64,000 nt of DNA from Epiperipatus broadwayi (taxonomy: Eukaryota; Animalia; Onychophora), in contig JAQFVV010000008.1 of NCBI GenBank assembly GCA_028023455.1, positions 5,952,001 through 6,016,000 on the forward strand, given 5' to 3'. The position numbers were made by a program, and so were the translations under genes. How positions within the stretch are numbered: position 1 is the stretch's first letter; every line of letters starts with the position of its first letter. Below the pieces are notes generated by a model. That model ran no database searches, was not told where the DNA came from, and saw only the letters and a program-made list of their open reading frames with translations. Positions 52,239 through 63,303 of this stretch are shown one piece after another.

Positions 52239-52400
52239 AATTATTTATCAAAGTTTTGATTTACAATCTTAAATCTGGTATACTATTTTTGTTGCCAATA
52301 AATGTTTTTATAAATGTTTTTATAATTATAAAAACATTTATTGGCAACAAAAATAGTATACTAGATTTAAGATTGTAAATCAAAACTTTGATAAATAATT
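52239..52400. repeat. Near-perfect hairpin (~70-bp arms)
   Basis: AATTATTTATCAAAGTTTTGATTTACAATCTTAAATCTGGTATACTATTTTTGTTGCCAATAAATGTTTT recurs as its reverse complement ending at 52400. Confidence 0.92.
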
Positions 52401-52649
52401 ATTTTTTGACGTTCATATTTTTACAAAGTATTCCAAACATTAAATTTGAGTTAATGTTACAGTGCTTTCAACAGCTTTTTGCTTTGTTTAAATATATATA
52501 CACACAAATTTATATCTAATATTTATTATATGGCATAAATGTTCAGCTTGCATTCAAAATGCTTTTTCATCACATAATAAATATATTTATTTACAGTTAT
52601 GTTTATATATATAAAGAATTACAAATAATGATTACATTTTTGTTTGCAG

Positions 52650-52833
52650 GCTGTAATGCGAAATTTAGTTAAACGTTATATCACAAATATGCAACGCACT
52701 CAGCAAGCCGAAGGAGTTACGGAAGACGATGTGCAAGAAATCAAGCAAGATATATCTGCTTTCAGATTTGAATTATTAGAAATACTCAAAAATAGTGGAA
52801 TGAAAACAGAACAATCAGATAAAAAAAATCCAT
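52650..52833 (+). CDS. TRPC: TRPC-family exon: C-terminal coiled coil
   Basis: Acceptor TTTGCAG at 52648-49 and donor GTAAGA at 52834 (phase 1). Encodes AVMRNLVKRYITNMQRTQQAEGVTEDDVQEIKQDISAFRFELLEILKNSGMKTEQSDKKNP, with the TRPC EIKQDIS.FRFELL motif. Confidence 0.95.
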
Positions 52834-53362
52834 GTAAGAATTTAGATTATGGTATGATTGTTGTAAATTATTGTTATTCTAAATTGTGTATGTTTTCTAA
52901 AATATTTCTATAGAACGTATGGTGAAATTTATACAGACAATTAATAAGATTAATAAAATAATTTAAGGAATATCAAATTGGAATTATATTTCGGAGAAAA
53001 TGAAAAAAACCAATTGATGATAAGATAAAATAAATCCAAGTTATAATGGGTGGAAGATAGTCATTATAAAAAAAATTTGGTAAAATTCCAGAAGCACCCT
53101 CCCCCCGTTTTTTTTTAAAGAAGGAAAATATAAAGAAAGGATGAGTTATAAACAAAATTGAAAAAATTAAATTAGTTCTGAATATGTATATATATAATAA
53201 AGATTATGAATTGGAATTTTTTAAAAAATTAAAAGTTTAAAAGAAATACAGAGATACTTATTTGGAAGGAGGAGGGATGATCTACGCAAAGTTTCAAAAT
53301 ATTCTTTTTTAAAACTTTTTTGAATACATATAAAATAAAAAGGATGATAAAATTCAATTATA

Positions 53363-54860
53363 CAATATTGGACTCTTTTCATCATTTAATATTAAGTATT
53401 GAATGTCTTTAGAAAAAAATTAACTTTATTTAAACATATTCCAATTACATCCAAATGTTAGTAATAGCATACAGATTAGTATATACATAATATTTTGAGT
53501 GGTATTATTCTCCTCTCTTTTTCAGTTTCTGGCCTGACCAGTGATAGTACTAGCATGGGAATTGAACCTGGATTCTTAGATTCTTGAATATTGAATTTTT
53601 AGGTAACATTCTACCCAATTGAGCCATCCTATCAAAGGCAACAGCCAGAAGAAATTTCCTATACTGCTTCACTTTTTCCTAAGAGCAAAGTTGATTGGTA
53701 GTTTCCATATATTATTTATAGGCACATTAGGACAACTGGCATGTATGCATCTATTTTGAATTTTCTTCTTTGTATCTTTTCCTATCTATCCAATATTTTT
53801 GTATTTTTCCAAATGAATATATGTTCATTGGTACACACATTGTCTGCTATCTTAGACACATCTCTTTCATCTCTTTTCTAATCATCAGTTTGTGCTCTTG
53901 CAATCACTTTTCACTGAACTGACTTGTTTCATCGATATACATTCTTCCACATTCTCATGGTATTTCATAGATGCAGTTTTTGCTTTTTAGCATTTTAAAT
54001 TTAGGCTTTGTAGATGTTAGAATTCCTAGTACTGTGGTATGGCTCTGAAAAGCTATGCTGATTTTATAGTGATTGCAGATTCTTCTTAATTTGTCTGCTA
54101 TTTTTGGTGTGTATGGATCAACTACAAAAAATTCTGCAATCAATATAACACCAGAACAGCTTTCCAGAGCCATATCACACTACAAGGGATTCTAATGTCT
54201 ACAAAACTTAAACTTGAAATGCTGAAAAGCAAAAATTGCATCTACAAAATACCATGTGAATGTGGAAGACTGTATATTAGTGAGATCAATTGCCCTATTG
54301 AAAAGCAATGCAAGAACACAAACTGATAATTAGAAGAGAGAAAACAGATGTCTCTAAGGTAGCAGACTATGTATGTACCAATGAATATATGTTCAATTAG
54401 GAAATTACAAAAATATTGGATAGAGAGAAACAGGTACAAAAAAGAAAATTCAAAGAGGTGTTAACATAAGTCAATCTAGTGTGACTATACATAATGTATG
54501 AAAACCACTAATCAACATAGCTCTTAACAAAAAGTGGAGAAATCAGGAAGAACTTTATAGATAAGTGTATAAAATTTCTACTGATTGTTTCTTTTGGCAG
54601 GATGGCTGTTGGTTAGAGTATTTATCTTAAAATTTGAGCATTTAAGGGTCCAGGTTTATTCCCATACTAGAACTGTCACTGGTCAGGCCAGCAACATTTG
54701 AGGAAATGAGAGTAATATTTGTCAAAGGGTTGTGCATATATTAACCTGTGTGCTATTATTAACAGTTGAATGTAATTGAAATATTTAAATACATTAATTG
54801 TTAATATTAAATGATGGAAATAATCCAATATATAAATACACTTAAAATACCATCATCACA
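53363..54860. mobile_element. Two 5'-truncated Penelope-like 3' ends joined in inverted orientation (junction ~54131)
   Basis: Minus arm PYTPKIADKLRRIC...AFQSH...KNCIYEIP; plus arm AFQSH...KNCIYKIPCECGRLYISE (GIY-YIG). The shared 3' repeats are reverse complements. Confidence 0.88.
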
Positions 54861-55546
54861 AACTTTCAGGATAACACTACTTTAGTTTGCTTCATGGTAG
54901 TTATGCTACTAGAAATGCTATATTATGTATGAAGGTATTTTTGGAAATTTATAACAAAAGAATTTAATATTCAAAATAATAAAGATATATTTTTCAACAA
55001 TCTGCATTCATTTATATTAAAGAAAAATAAATTGTAAAGTGAAACATGAAAAAAAAATCAAAAATAGTTGATATATATATGATTTCTTTCTTAGTCTTTA
55101 AAACAATCAAAATTTTTGATATTCATTCCCTATATTTTATTGTTTGTTATTGTTATTATTGAAATACAAACTACCTGAAAAACTTTTTTTTTTTTTGCTT
55201 TTATCTCTGAATTAAAAAAAAACAAACATGGTTTTTCTTTTTAGATGTCTGATAAGATATATACTTGACTGAAACATTAGTTGAATTTTCTTGGAATATT
55301 CTCTCTATTTTGTAAATGTTCATTTTCTATATTATATTTGCCTTTAGAACAAAAATAAATTGTAAGTTTTCGTATCTACTTAGCCAAAGCAGCAGTTGAT
55401 GTTAAGAATCACTGGGGTACAGATCTAAGCTGCCATTTTCTGAATCATATACATTTTTATATGGCAATAAAGACGATTATCTATTTTCCTAACTGTCTAC
55501 CTGCCTGTCTGCCTAGTTAGCTTTTGTCGATATAAATATATATATA

Positions 55547-55915
55547 TGACCACTCAAAGAAGTATGGAGAGATGCATGTTAGGAGTAACAAGAAGAGATC
55601 GAAAGCACAATATATGGATAAGAGAACAAACAGGTATTAACCTCATTGAAAAAATTAAAAGACTGAAGTGGAGTTGGGCTGGACATATTGTTAGAAGAAA
55701 TAATAATAGATGGACAATTGAAATCTTAAACTGGATTCCAAGAGAATGTAAAAGACCCATAAAGAAACTACATATGATATGGATGGATGAAATAAAAAAG
55801 TGTACAGAGGTGATGTGGAGAATGAAGCTGAAGATCAGAGAAGATGGTTTGAACTTGGAGAGACATTCATCTTGTGGTAGATTGATAATGGTTGATGATG
55901 ATGATGCTATATATC
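55547..55915 (+). mobile_element. RTE-clade LINE 3' end
   Basis: TTQRSMERCMLGVTRRDR...IKRLKWSWAGHIVRR...WTIEILNWIPRE followed by a (GAT)n tail. Confidence 0.88.
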
Positions 55916-56551
55916 TAGATGTCTGTCTATCCATCTGTCTATTTATATATCTCTCCATATGCTCCTCCACTACTAACCTATTTTTCTACCCATCCATTAA
56001 TCTGCTTATCTGTCCATTATATATCTGTCTACTTATCTATCTATTTATATAACTATCTATTGCATTAATTGAAATATGACTGAAAAGACATTTAATTTAA
56101 AAACAGGTATCTATCATAAAAGTTATAATTATTGAAAGTATAAGTGTAGAAGGATTTATTATAGTGGAAGAACAACTTTATAAAATCAATGTTGATAATG
56201 CAATATCTAAATAAATTCTTATTCTGAATGAGAAATAGGATACCTTGATATGGTTTAAAATAATTATTTTGATCAAAACAAACATTTTAAAAGAGTCGTG
56301 GAATATTTTAATGCAAAAAATGGAAAATGATCAAAATAGAAAAAGTGATATGAATAAATTTAATTATGTAAACAGGTTAAATATGAAAAATTTAAGGCAA
56401 AAAATTACATTATAGAATGGGGGGGGGTCCAATAAATGAACATTGAAGTATCCAAATGAAATACATTGTGAAATTGGTATAAGCATCCAAATGATAGCAT
56501 TCAAACAAAGAATAATAATCAATGTGAGTTAATGCAAACTAAAGAAGCAGA

Positions 56552-57760
56552 AGTTGTATTTATATGTTGGATTTTTCCACCATCTAATATAAGTATTGAA
56601 TATGTTTAGAAAAAATTAACTTTTTTTAAATATTCCAAATACATTCAACTGTTAGTAATAGCACACAAGTTAATATATGCATAACATTTTGAGAGATATT
56701 TTCCTCCCCTTTTCTTCGGGTGTTTCTGGCCTGACCAGTGACAGTACTAGCATGGTAATTGAACCTAGATTCTTAGATTCTTGAATATTGAATTTTAAGG
56801 TAACACTCTAACCAACTGAATCATCCTGCCAAAGGCAACAGTCAATAGAAATTGTATATACTTATCTACAAGATTCCTCCTGATTTCTTTACTTTTTCTT
56901 AAAAGCAAAGTTGATTAATGGTTTTCATACATTATGTATATCACACTAGGTTGACTTGTGGGCTTGTTTACCATTGCCATGCAAGCAGCTTTTTTAAATT
57001 TTCTTTTTTGAACCTTTTCTTCTATATCCAATATTTTTTTATTTTCTCAATTGAACATATATTCATTGGTACATACATGGTCTGTGATCTTAGAAACATC
57101 CATTTTATCTCTTCTAATCATCAGTTTCTGTTCTTGCAATCATTTTCAATGGGATGACTGCTTTCACCAATAAACATTTTTCACATTCACCTGGTATTTC
57201 ATAGATGCAGTTTTTGCTTTTCAGCATTTCAAGTTTAAGCTTTGTGGATGTTAGAATTCCTTGTAGTATGGTATGACTCTGGAAAGCTGTTCTGATATTG
57301 CAGATTTTCCTTATTTTGTCTGCTATTGTTGGTAGGTATGGATACACTATCATGCCAATAATTGTTTTTCTTTTGATAGTTCTTTTTGTTGTTCACTAAT
57401 CAACTTTGCTCTTAAGAAAAAGTGGAGAAATCAGAAGGAACTTCATAGATAAGTATATGAGATTTCTACTAACTGTTGCCTTTGACAGGATGATTCATTT
57501 GGTTAGAGTGTTACCTTAAAATTCAATATTTAAGAATCTAAAGAGCCATGTTCAATTCCCATGCTAGTACAGTCACTGGTCAGGCCAGACACTTGAAGAA
57601 GAGAGAATAATATCTCTCAAAACATTGTGTATATACTTACCTGTGCACTATTACTAACAGTTGAATGTATTTGGAATATTTAAATAAAGTTATATTTTTC
57701 TAAACACATTCAGTACTTATATTAGATGATAGAAATAATCCAATATATAAATACAACAGA
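56552..57760. mobile_element. 5'-truncated Penelope-like element (minus) with inverted copy of its 3' repeat (plus)
   Basis: Minus ORF 57353-57114 YLPTIADKIRKIC...KNCIYEIPGEC. ~57393-57760 is the reverse complement of ~56552-56920. Same family as 53363-54860. Confidence 0.88.
57589..57630 (+). ncRNA. Decayed minimal hammerhead-like motif
   Basis: ACAC-TTGAAGA-A-GAGAGA-ATAATA-TCTCTC-AAAA-CATT-GTGT. Stems I and II are intact; the core differs from CTGAAGA...GAAACGTT by transitions, mostly at CpG sites. Confidence 0.6.
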
Positions 57761-57799
57761 AATACCATCATTACAAACCTTCAGAAAAACAATAAAGAA

Positions 57800-59980
57800 A
57801 CAAACGCTATTAAAAAATGACATTATCACTAGTTGATATCCATAATTTTCAGGAATAATTTGATAAAGTACAATTTACAAAGTGTTTTAAATATTAATAC
57901 ATCTTGAAGATGGATCATTCTTGGAATGGATCAATAGGAAGATAACAGAGATTAAAAAAACAATTTATCTGTAAATTTACAAGCAACAAAGTAACATATG
58001 CTAGGAAAAAGGAATATGAAAAGTATTTTGAAATGCTCTTTTTAAAAAAACTGTATACCAGGAATTCTGAAAATAAGAAAAAAAAAATAGATGATTTTAT
58101 AAAAAAATATATAATAATGAAACAATTGAGAATGCCCTAAAATAAAATTTAAAAAAATCTCAAAAATATAAAATAATATTTTATTATTAAAAGAAAGTTA
58201 AAAAAGAACAAAACACTATTATTAAAAAGAGTGATGATATCATGAAATAAGTAGAAAAATGCTATTAAAACTATATAATAATGAACAAAAAACATGTTTT
58301 GAATAAAGAGTTGAGACATACAGTTAAATTTATAAAAAATGGAAAACTACAGAAAATGGTGAAATCATTGTAGATATTTTTAAAAGCTATAGATAATAAA
58401 ATAAAAAAAATGTTGATCATGTGATCAGAAAAACATAACATTAATATCAATTTTAAAGAAATCTAAAAACCATATTCCATAAAATCTATATAAAATCTTT
58501 ACTTAGATAATTACAAATAATTTACAGAAAACTCTAGACTCTAATCAATCAAAAGAACAAGATAGATTTAAGGATGATTATAATATAGAGTATGTTGCCC
58601 AGGTATTAAGCAAAGTTATAGAAAAGATAAATGAATATGAATCACCATTTTGCATTGGATTTGTAGATGATAAAAAGACATTTAGCTCTATGAATATGTC
58701 TACTTGATTAAAATATTGGAACATCAGGATATAAATCCAGGATATTGTCAAATTCTTAAGAATATTCTGTAAAATACAACAGAAATGATTGGACTACATT
58801 ACAACATTAGTAGGATTAAAATTAGACAAGGTGATTTCATATGACTATTTTGCAAGAGGATTTTGTGGATTAAAATAAGACAAACCACTAAACATCACAT
58901 AATCACCATCTCTATACTATCACATAATTGTTGTAAACAAAGGCAAAACTCTCCATACAGTAGTGCCACCCTGTGCCAAACAGAGTAATCAGTGGATGCC
59001 AGAAGGCTTGTGCATAAAATCCCTATCTAGTGCCTACTCATCCAATATCCCCAGACTAGTTTCTGGCTTGTGGCCATCATCAATAAGGAGTCTTGGATCT
59101 GAGAGCACTGCACCTAGATCTTAGGATCTAATGCAACCCTCCAGAAGCCACCTTTTAACTCCACTTTACTACAAAACTACGAGAATGAAATTTGAAAACA
59201 CAATAATATTTTCAATCTAAGCTCAATAGTCATATGGGTCTGAACTCAATTCAGCACCCATGGAGAGTTTTGCCTTTGTTTAAAATAAGACAAACATAAA
59301 TAAATATTATTTAAATCATTTATATTTTACAGATAGTGAGATTGTTTTATGAATAATGCTTTAGAGTTCTGGGAAATAATACCAAAACTATCAGATCAAA
59401 GCAAGAAAGTAGAAGACTAAAATAAATATTAAAAAAACTAAATTAATGTTCAATTGCTTTTAAAAAAATAAAACCAAGACAATTAAAAATATATATGAAT
59501 AGAAGTACTCATAGTATTAAACTTGAAAAGAGTACATTTTTGTAATATATATATATATTAAACAATATCCATGCCCTTGAAAAAGAATTTTTAAATAAAT
59601 GTTTCAGCTAATCTTTATATATGCACTTAGAAGAAGTGCAACATACAGACTGTAGCCCACAGACTAAAATTATATATATATATATATGTTTAGTTAACAA
59701 GGATTAATCAAAAGTCAAAGAAATAAATGAGAATGCAAACTTGCATCATTGATATGATTAAATGAACTAAGATGCTGAAAAGAATTTGGTATGCATACAT
59801 TGTTAGACTAGCTGGTCATAAATGGATAACTAACATTTTCTAATGGATTCAAAACAATTGTAAAAAACCTAGATGTGAAATAAATAAATTTGCTGTAGTA
59901 ATGTGGAGAGAAGTTATAGGTTGGAAAAACAAAATTAAATTTGGAAATCTTTAACCTGCAGCAGAGTGCTAATTATTGAA
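57800..59980 (+). mobile_element. Highly degenerate RTE LINE interrupted by a later insertion
   Basis: FCIGFVDDKKTF, IRQGD, GFCGLK and a 3' end GGAAATCTTTAACCTGCAGCAGAG. The RT is split at 58886-59279. Confidence 0.7.
58886..59279. mobile_element. Unclassified 394-bp insertion with 16-bp TSD and 23-bp inverted repeat
   Basis: TTAAAATAAGACAAAC at 58870-58885 and 59280-59295. TAAACAAAGGCAAAACTCTCCAT (58934-58956) is perfectly inverted at 59260-59282. Confidence 0.8.
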
Positions 59981-60113
59981 AATTACATATATTTATATCT
60001 GTAAAACGATTTAATATACTTCTCCTAAAAACGTAATAGCCTAAAAACGATTTACTCGCTGACGAAGAAGCTTCCAAATAAACAAAACAAATTTCGCATA
60101 AAACTATTAAATG

Positions 60114-60152
60114 GGCCAAGCGCTTTCGAGGTTTGCCCTCATATTCATGGCC
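60114..60152 (-). ncRNA. Minimal type I hammerhead-like motif with A3-U8 core
   Basis: GGCC-AUGAAUA-U-GAGG-GCAAA-CCUC-GAAA-GCGC-UU-GGCC has hammerhead topology with perfect stems I and II and a palindromic AGCGCU stem III. Confidence 0.6.
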
Positions 60153-60392
60153 GACGAACGTAATAAATCTTTACGTAGTGTTATTAAATAACAAATATGC
60201 AAATGTAAATGCAAATCAGTTTGACCATTTTTTTTGAAATGGAAAAACACGTGTCGCGTCTATTGATAGAATTGTTGTCGCAAACAATAAAGTACGCCTC
60301 TTTGATCTTTCTCTTACAGTCGTTGATTTGCATTTACATTTGCATATTATTTGTTATTTAATAACACTACGTAAAGATTTATTACGTTCGTC

Positions 60393-60431
60393 GGCCATGA
60401 ATATGAGGGCAAACCACGAAAGCGCTTGGCC
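60393..60431 (+). ncRNA. Second copy of the A3-U8 hammerhead-like motif
   Basis: Same sequence with one stem II mismatch (CCAC instead of CCUC). Confidence 0.55.
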
Positions 60432-60602
60432 CATTTAATAGTTTTATGCGAAATTTGTTTTGTTTATTTGGAAGCTTCTTCGTCAGCGAGTAAATCGTTT
60501 TTAGGCTATATATTTATATCCAAAAATTCATTCATAGAATGAAAACAGCTCTTAAATGAATTTAGCAAAATATAGCATATTTTTTACAAAGTTTACCTAG
60601 AC

Positions 60603-61128
60603 CAGGGGTCTTCAACCTTTTCACACCTATGGACCGGTAAAAATAAGGATAAGGTTCCGCGGACCAGCAAAAATAAGGATAAGATTTTGCAGACCGGCAG
60701 AAGTCTATAGATAAATTTTCTTAAAGATAAGCATAATTGTTATAACTGATCAAAACAACAATATTAAATATATAAGATAAAGTTTTATATATATATGAAG
60801 TTTATATAATAAAAAAAACTTTATTTTTAATTTTTTTAGAAAAATAATAAAAAATGTAATTCCCCCCCCCCCAATAAACATATGTGATAACTAGAAAAAT
60901 AAATTAATTTATGAATGATTGATTAGATTTTGTTTTCGTTCTGTTTTCTTTTTTTTTAATTGGGTAAAAATGAGATGAAAAAATAAATAAAAACTAGCTA
61001 TATTAATTAAAAGTTTAAACTCTTATTATTTATTATTACAAACTTTTTACTGCCCGTCTAGCATACGGACCTTCAGAAAAGTTCCGCAGCCATGCACCGG
61101 GCCACGGACCAAGGGTTGAAGAACACTG
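60603..61128. mobile_element. hAT-family MITE (526 bp)
   Basis: TIRs CAGGGGTCTTCAACC and GGTTGAAGAACACTG. Perfect 8-bp TSD ACCTAGAC (60595-60602, 61129-61136). Subterminal GGACC repeats. Confidence 0.93.
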
Positions 61129-61517
61129 ACCTAGACTACTTTGTTCAATGTTAGAGAAATAAATACAAATATAAAGGAATTTAAATAATAGAGGCAATAA
61201 AATATATATAAGTTAATTAAAGTTTGCTAAATTTTCAATTAATTTAAGCAAGATGCTACTGTTCCTTATTTAAACTCATCAATTGAGCAATGTTTAAAAA
61301 AATAACTTTTTATCTGAGAATGAGACGATTTAAAATCAATACAAAGACTATACTCAAAACTTAATTTTAAATAAATACTTTTTATTAATAAAATTAAAAC
61401 AATAGATAATAATTAATACAGAATACTAAAATAACTTAAACATTAAGGTTTTCTAACTGGATTTACTATTTTAGAATTAAATTATAAATTTAGTCCTGAA
61501 ATTTTATTCAGTAATAA

Positions 61518-63303
61518 TATGAATACTGAACCCCACTGCTTGATGGCATCATTTTTCACAAAACACACATCAATTATACCGTTTTAGCGGCCTTAATTTA
61601 CAGCTGACACTGCAATAAGTGTTTTTTGAGCCATAACAGGCCACCTGAGGGTGATGTATTCTACGATTACGTAACAAAGCATTATGCCCATTGCATTGCA
61701 ATAATATTCATCAAGTGAGCACTCTTGAACTCTCGCCATGATCTGATTTAATGGTGGCCATATTTGAAAGACACAAAACTCTGCAAAAATTCATTGTCGG
61801 AAATTTTTTAGAAAGCATAATAGAATTAGTATTCCATATTAAGAATTGTCATGTCATCACACACCCTTCCCTATGCTTTTGAACTGCACACAACTTGAAA
61901 AGTTCTTCTTTTCAGCAGAGTTGTTTCTGATTTCATGCGCAAATACCCATTTACACATGAATCCATGCAAGAACTGTAAGGGAAGTTGGTTTGAGGGCTC
62001 CAAAATCCCATTACTTACAGCTTTGAGGCTCCCCTAATATTTTATTTGTGTGTTACTTTTGGCTTATTTTTTATGCCCCCCCAAAATGATGTTTTTTTTG
62101 TTACTTGTTTTGGTTCACAACTTGTCCAAAGTTCCGTTTATTTTTGATTCAATAAATGATTTTATGGGAAGCTGTTGTTTTTTGTTGTAGTTCACATGAT
62201 TAGAAAGTAGGTAGGTAATATTTGATGTTTCATTAACAGTTAATTAAAGTAAGTAATATTTTATTATACCAAAATAAAAAAAGAAGTGTTTAAGAGTTTA
62301 TTCAAAAGTCCCTACCCAAAATATATATATAAAATAATAATAAAGAACTGTATGGTAACATAATAAAATGTTGAAAAAGAAAATCCAAAAAAAGTCAATA
62401 ATTAAAAATCAAAACAAACTTTCCTCGCCACCCCACCACCCCCTGGCTTAAAAAAAAGTGTTCTTTAAAAATGAACTGTTTATGTCTTTTTTAAAATTAA
62501 AGGCCCAAAAATTAAGGAAGAACTTTTTACTATCATATAATATAGCTTTCTGTAGCATAAAGATTTGAAACAAAAAAATAGAAAAGCCTCGTAATAAATT
62601 AACAAAAAAAAAGATGCCAATTCAAAATCAAAACAACCTTTTTTTCCTCCACCCTCTAAAAAAACCAAATGTTTGTTTATTCAAAAGTACCAAATTGTTG
62701 AAGTCTTTCAGCAAATCAAAACATCAACCAAAAAAAAAAAAAAGATAAGTTCAAAGCAAACAACCAACCCCCTCCTCCACCATTTAAAAACAACAAAGTG
62801 TTTGTTACCATATTTTTCTGTAAACAAACCGCCGGAGCATTAATTGATAATTTCAAAGCAAACCAACACCCTTAACACCATCTAAAAACAAAATGTTTCT
62901 TTCTTAAAAAAACGAACCAAAAAAAAACTAAAAAATCAGGTGAAAAAAAAACTTTGGTTTACTGAAAGTAATATTATGTAAAGAAACTGATGGACAGTTA
63001 GTCAATAATTTAAAAACAAACCAACACCCCTAGACCATCTAAAAACAAAGTATTTGTTTATTAAAAAACAAAAAAAAAAACTCAGGTGGAATAAAAAAAA
63101 AAACATTTGGTGGTTTACCGTAATATTATGTAAACCAAAAAGACGGGCCAACGACAAAAAAAAAAATTAAAAACCGGTTGAAAAAAACACAAAAAATCTT
63201 TCACTGTAATATTATGTAAACTAAAAGATGGTCCATGAATCGGTATATTGATGTGCATTGGGCGAAAAAGAGTGCCATCAAACAGTAGGGTTCAGTATTT
63301 ATA
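61518..63303. mobile_element. Unclassified non-autonomous TIR element (~1.8 kb) with subterminal repeat array
   Basis: Left AATACTGAACCCCACTGCTTGATGGCATC...ATACCG vs right CGGTAT...TGCCATCAAACAGTAGGGTTCAGTATT (~65-bp imperfect TIR). Repeated AACCAACACCC and GTAATATTATGTAAA units at 62750-63230. Confidence 0.7.

Larger units (their letters stand above)
60036..60509. mobile_element. Extremely 5'-truncated Penelope-like element with inverted terminal repeat (~185-bp arms)
   Basis: 60036-60218 vs 60324-60509 are near-identical inverted arms (one 3-nt indel, one substitution seen). The spacer on the minus strand reads DCKRKIKEAYFIVCDNNSINRRD, a GIY-YIG C-terminus. CpG-rich, so probably young. Confidence 0.88.

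Noticed and set aside
52834-52913. Continuation of the TRPC frame to a stop at 52913 as a terminal exon
   Set aside because: A good donor (GTAAGA) lies at 52834 and the following residues do not resemble TRPC; intron retention cannot be excluded without RNA data.
55910-56052. Hydrophobic C-terminal extension of ORF 55546-56052
   Set aside because: Read-through into (CTAT)-type simple repeats after the RTE tail.
53550-57570. tRNA-like segments as real tRNA genes
   Set aside because: No complete cloverleaf or anticodon arm; they are embedded in a repeat family with divergent copies. The same applies to the SINEs at 740 and 44505.
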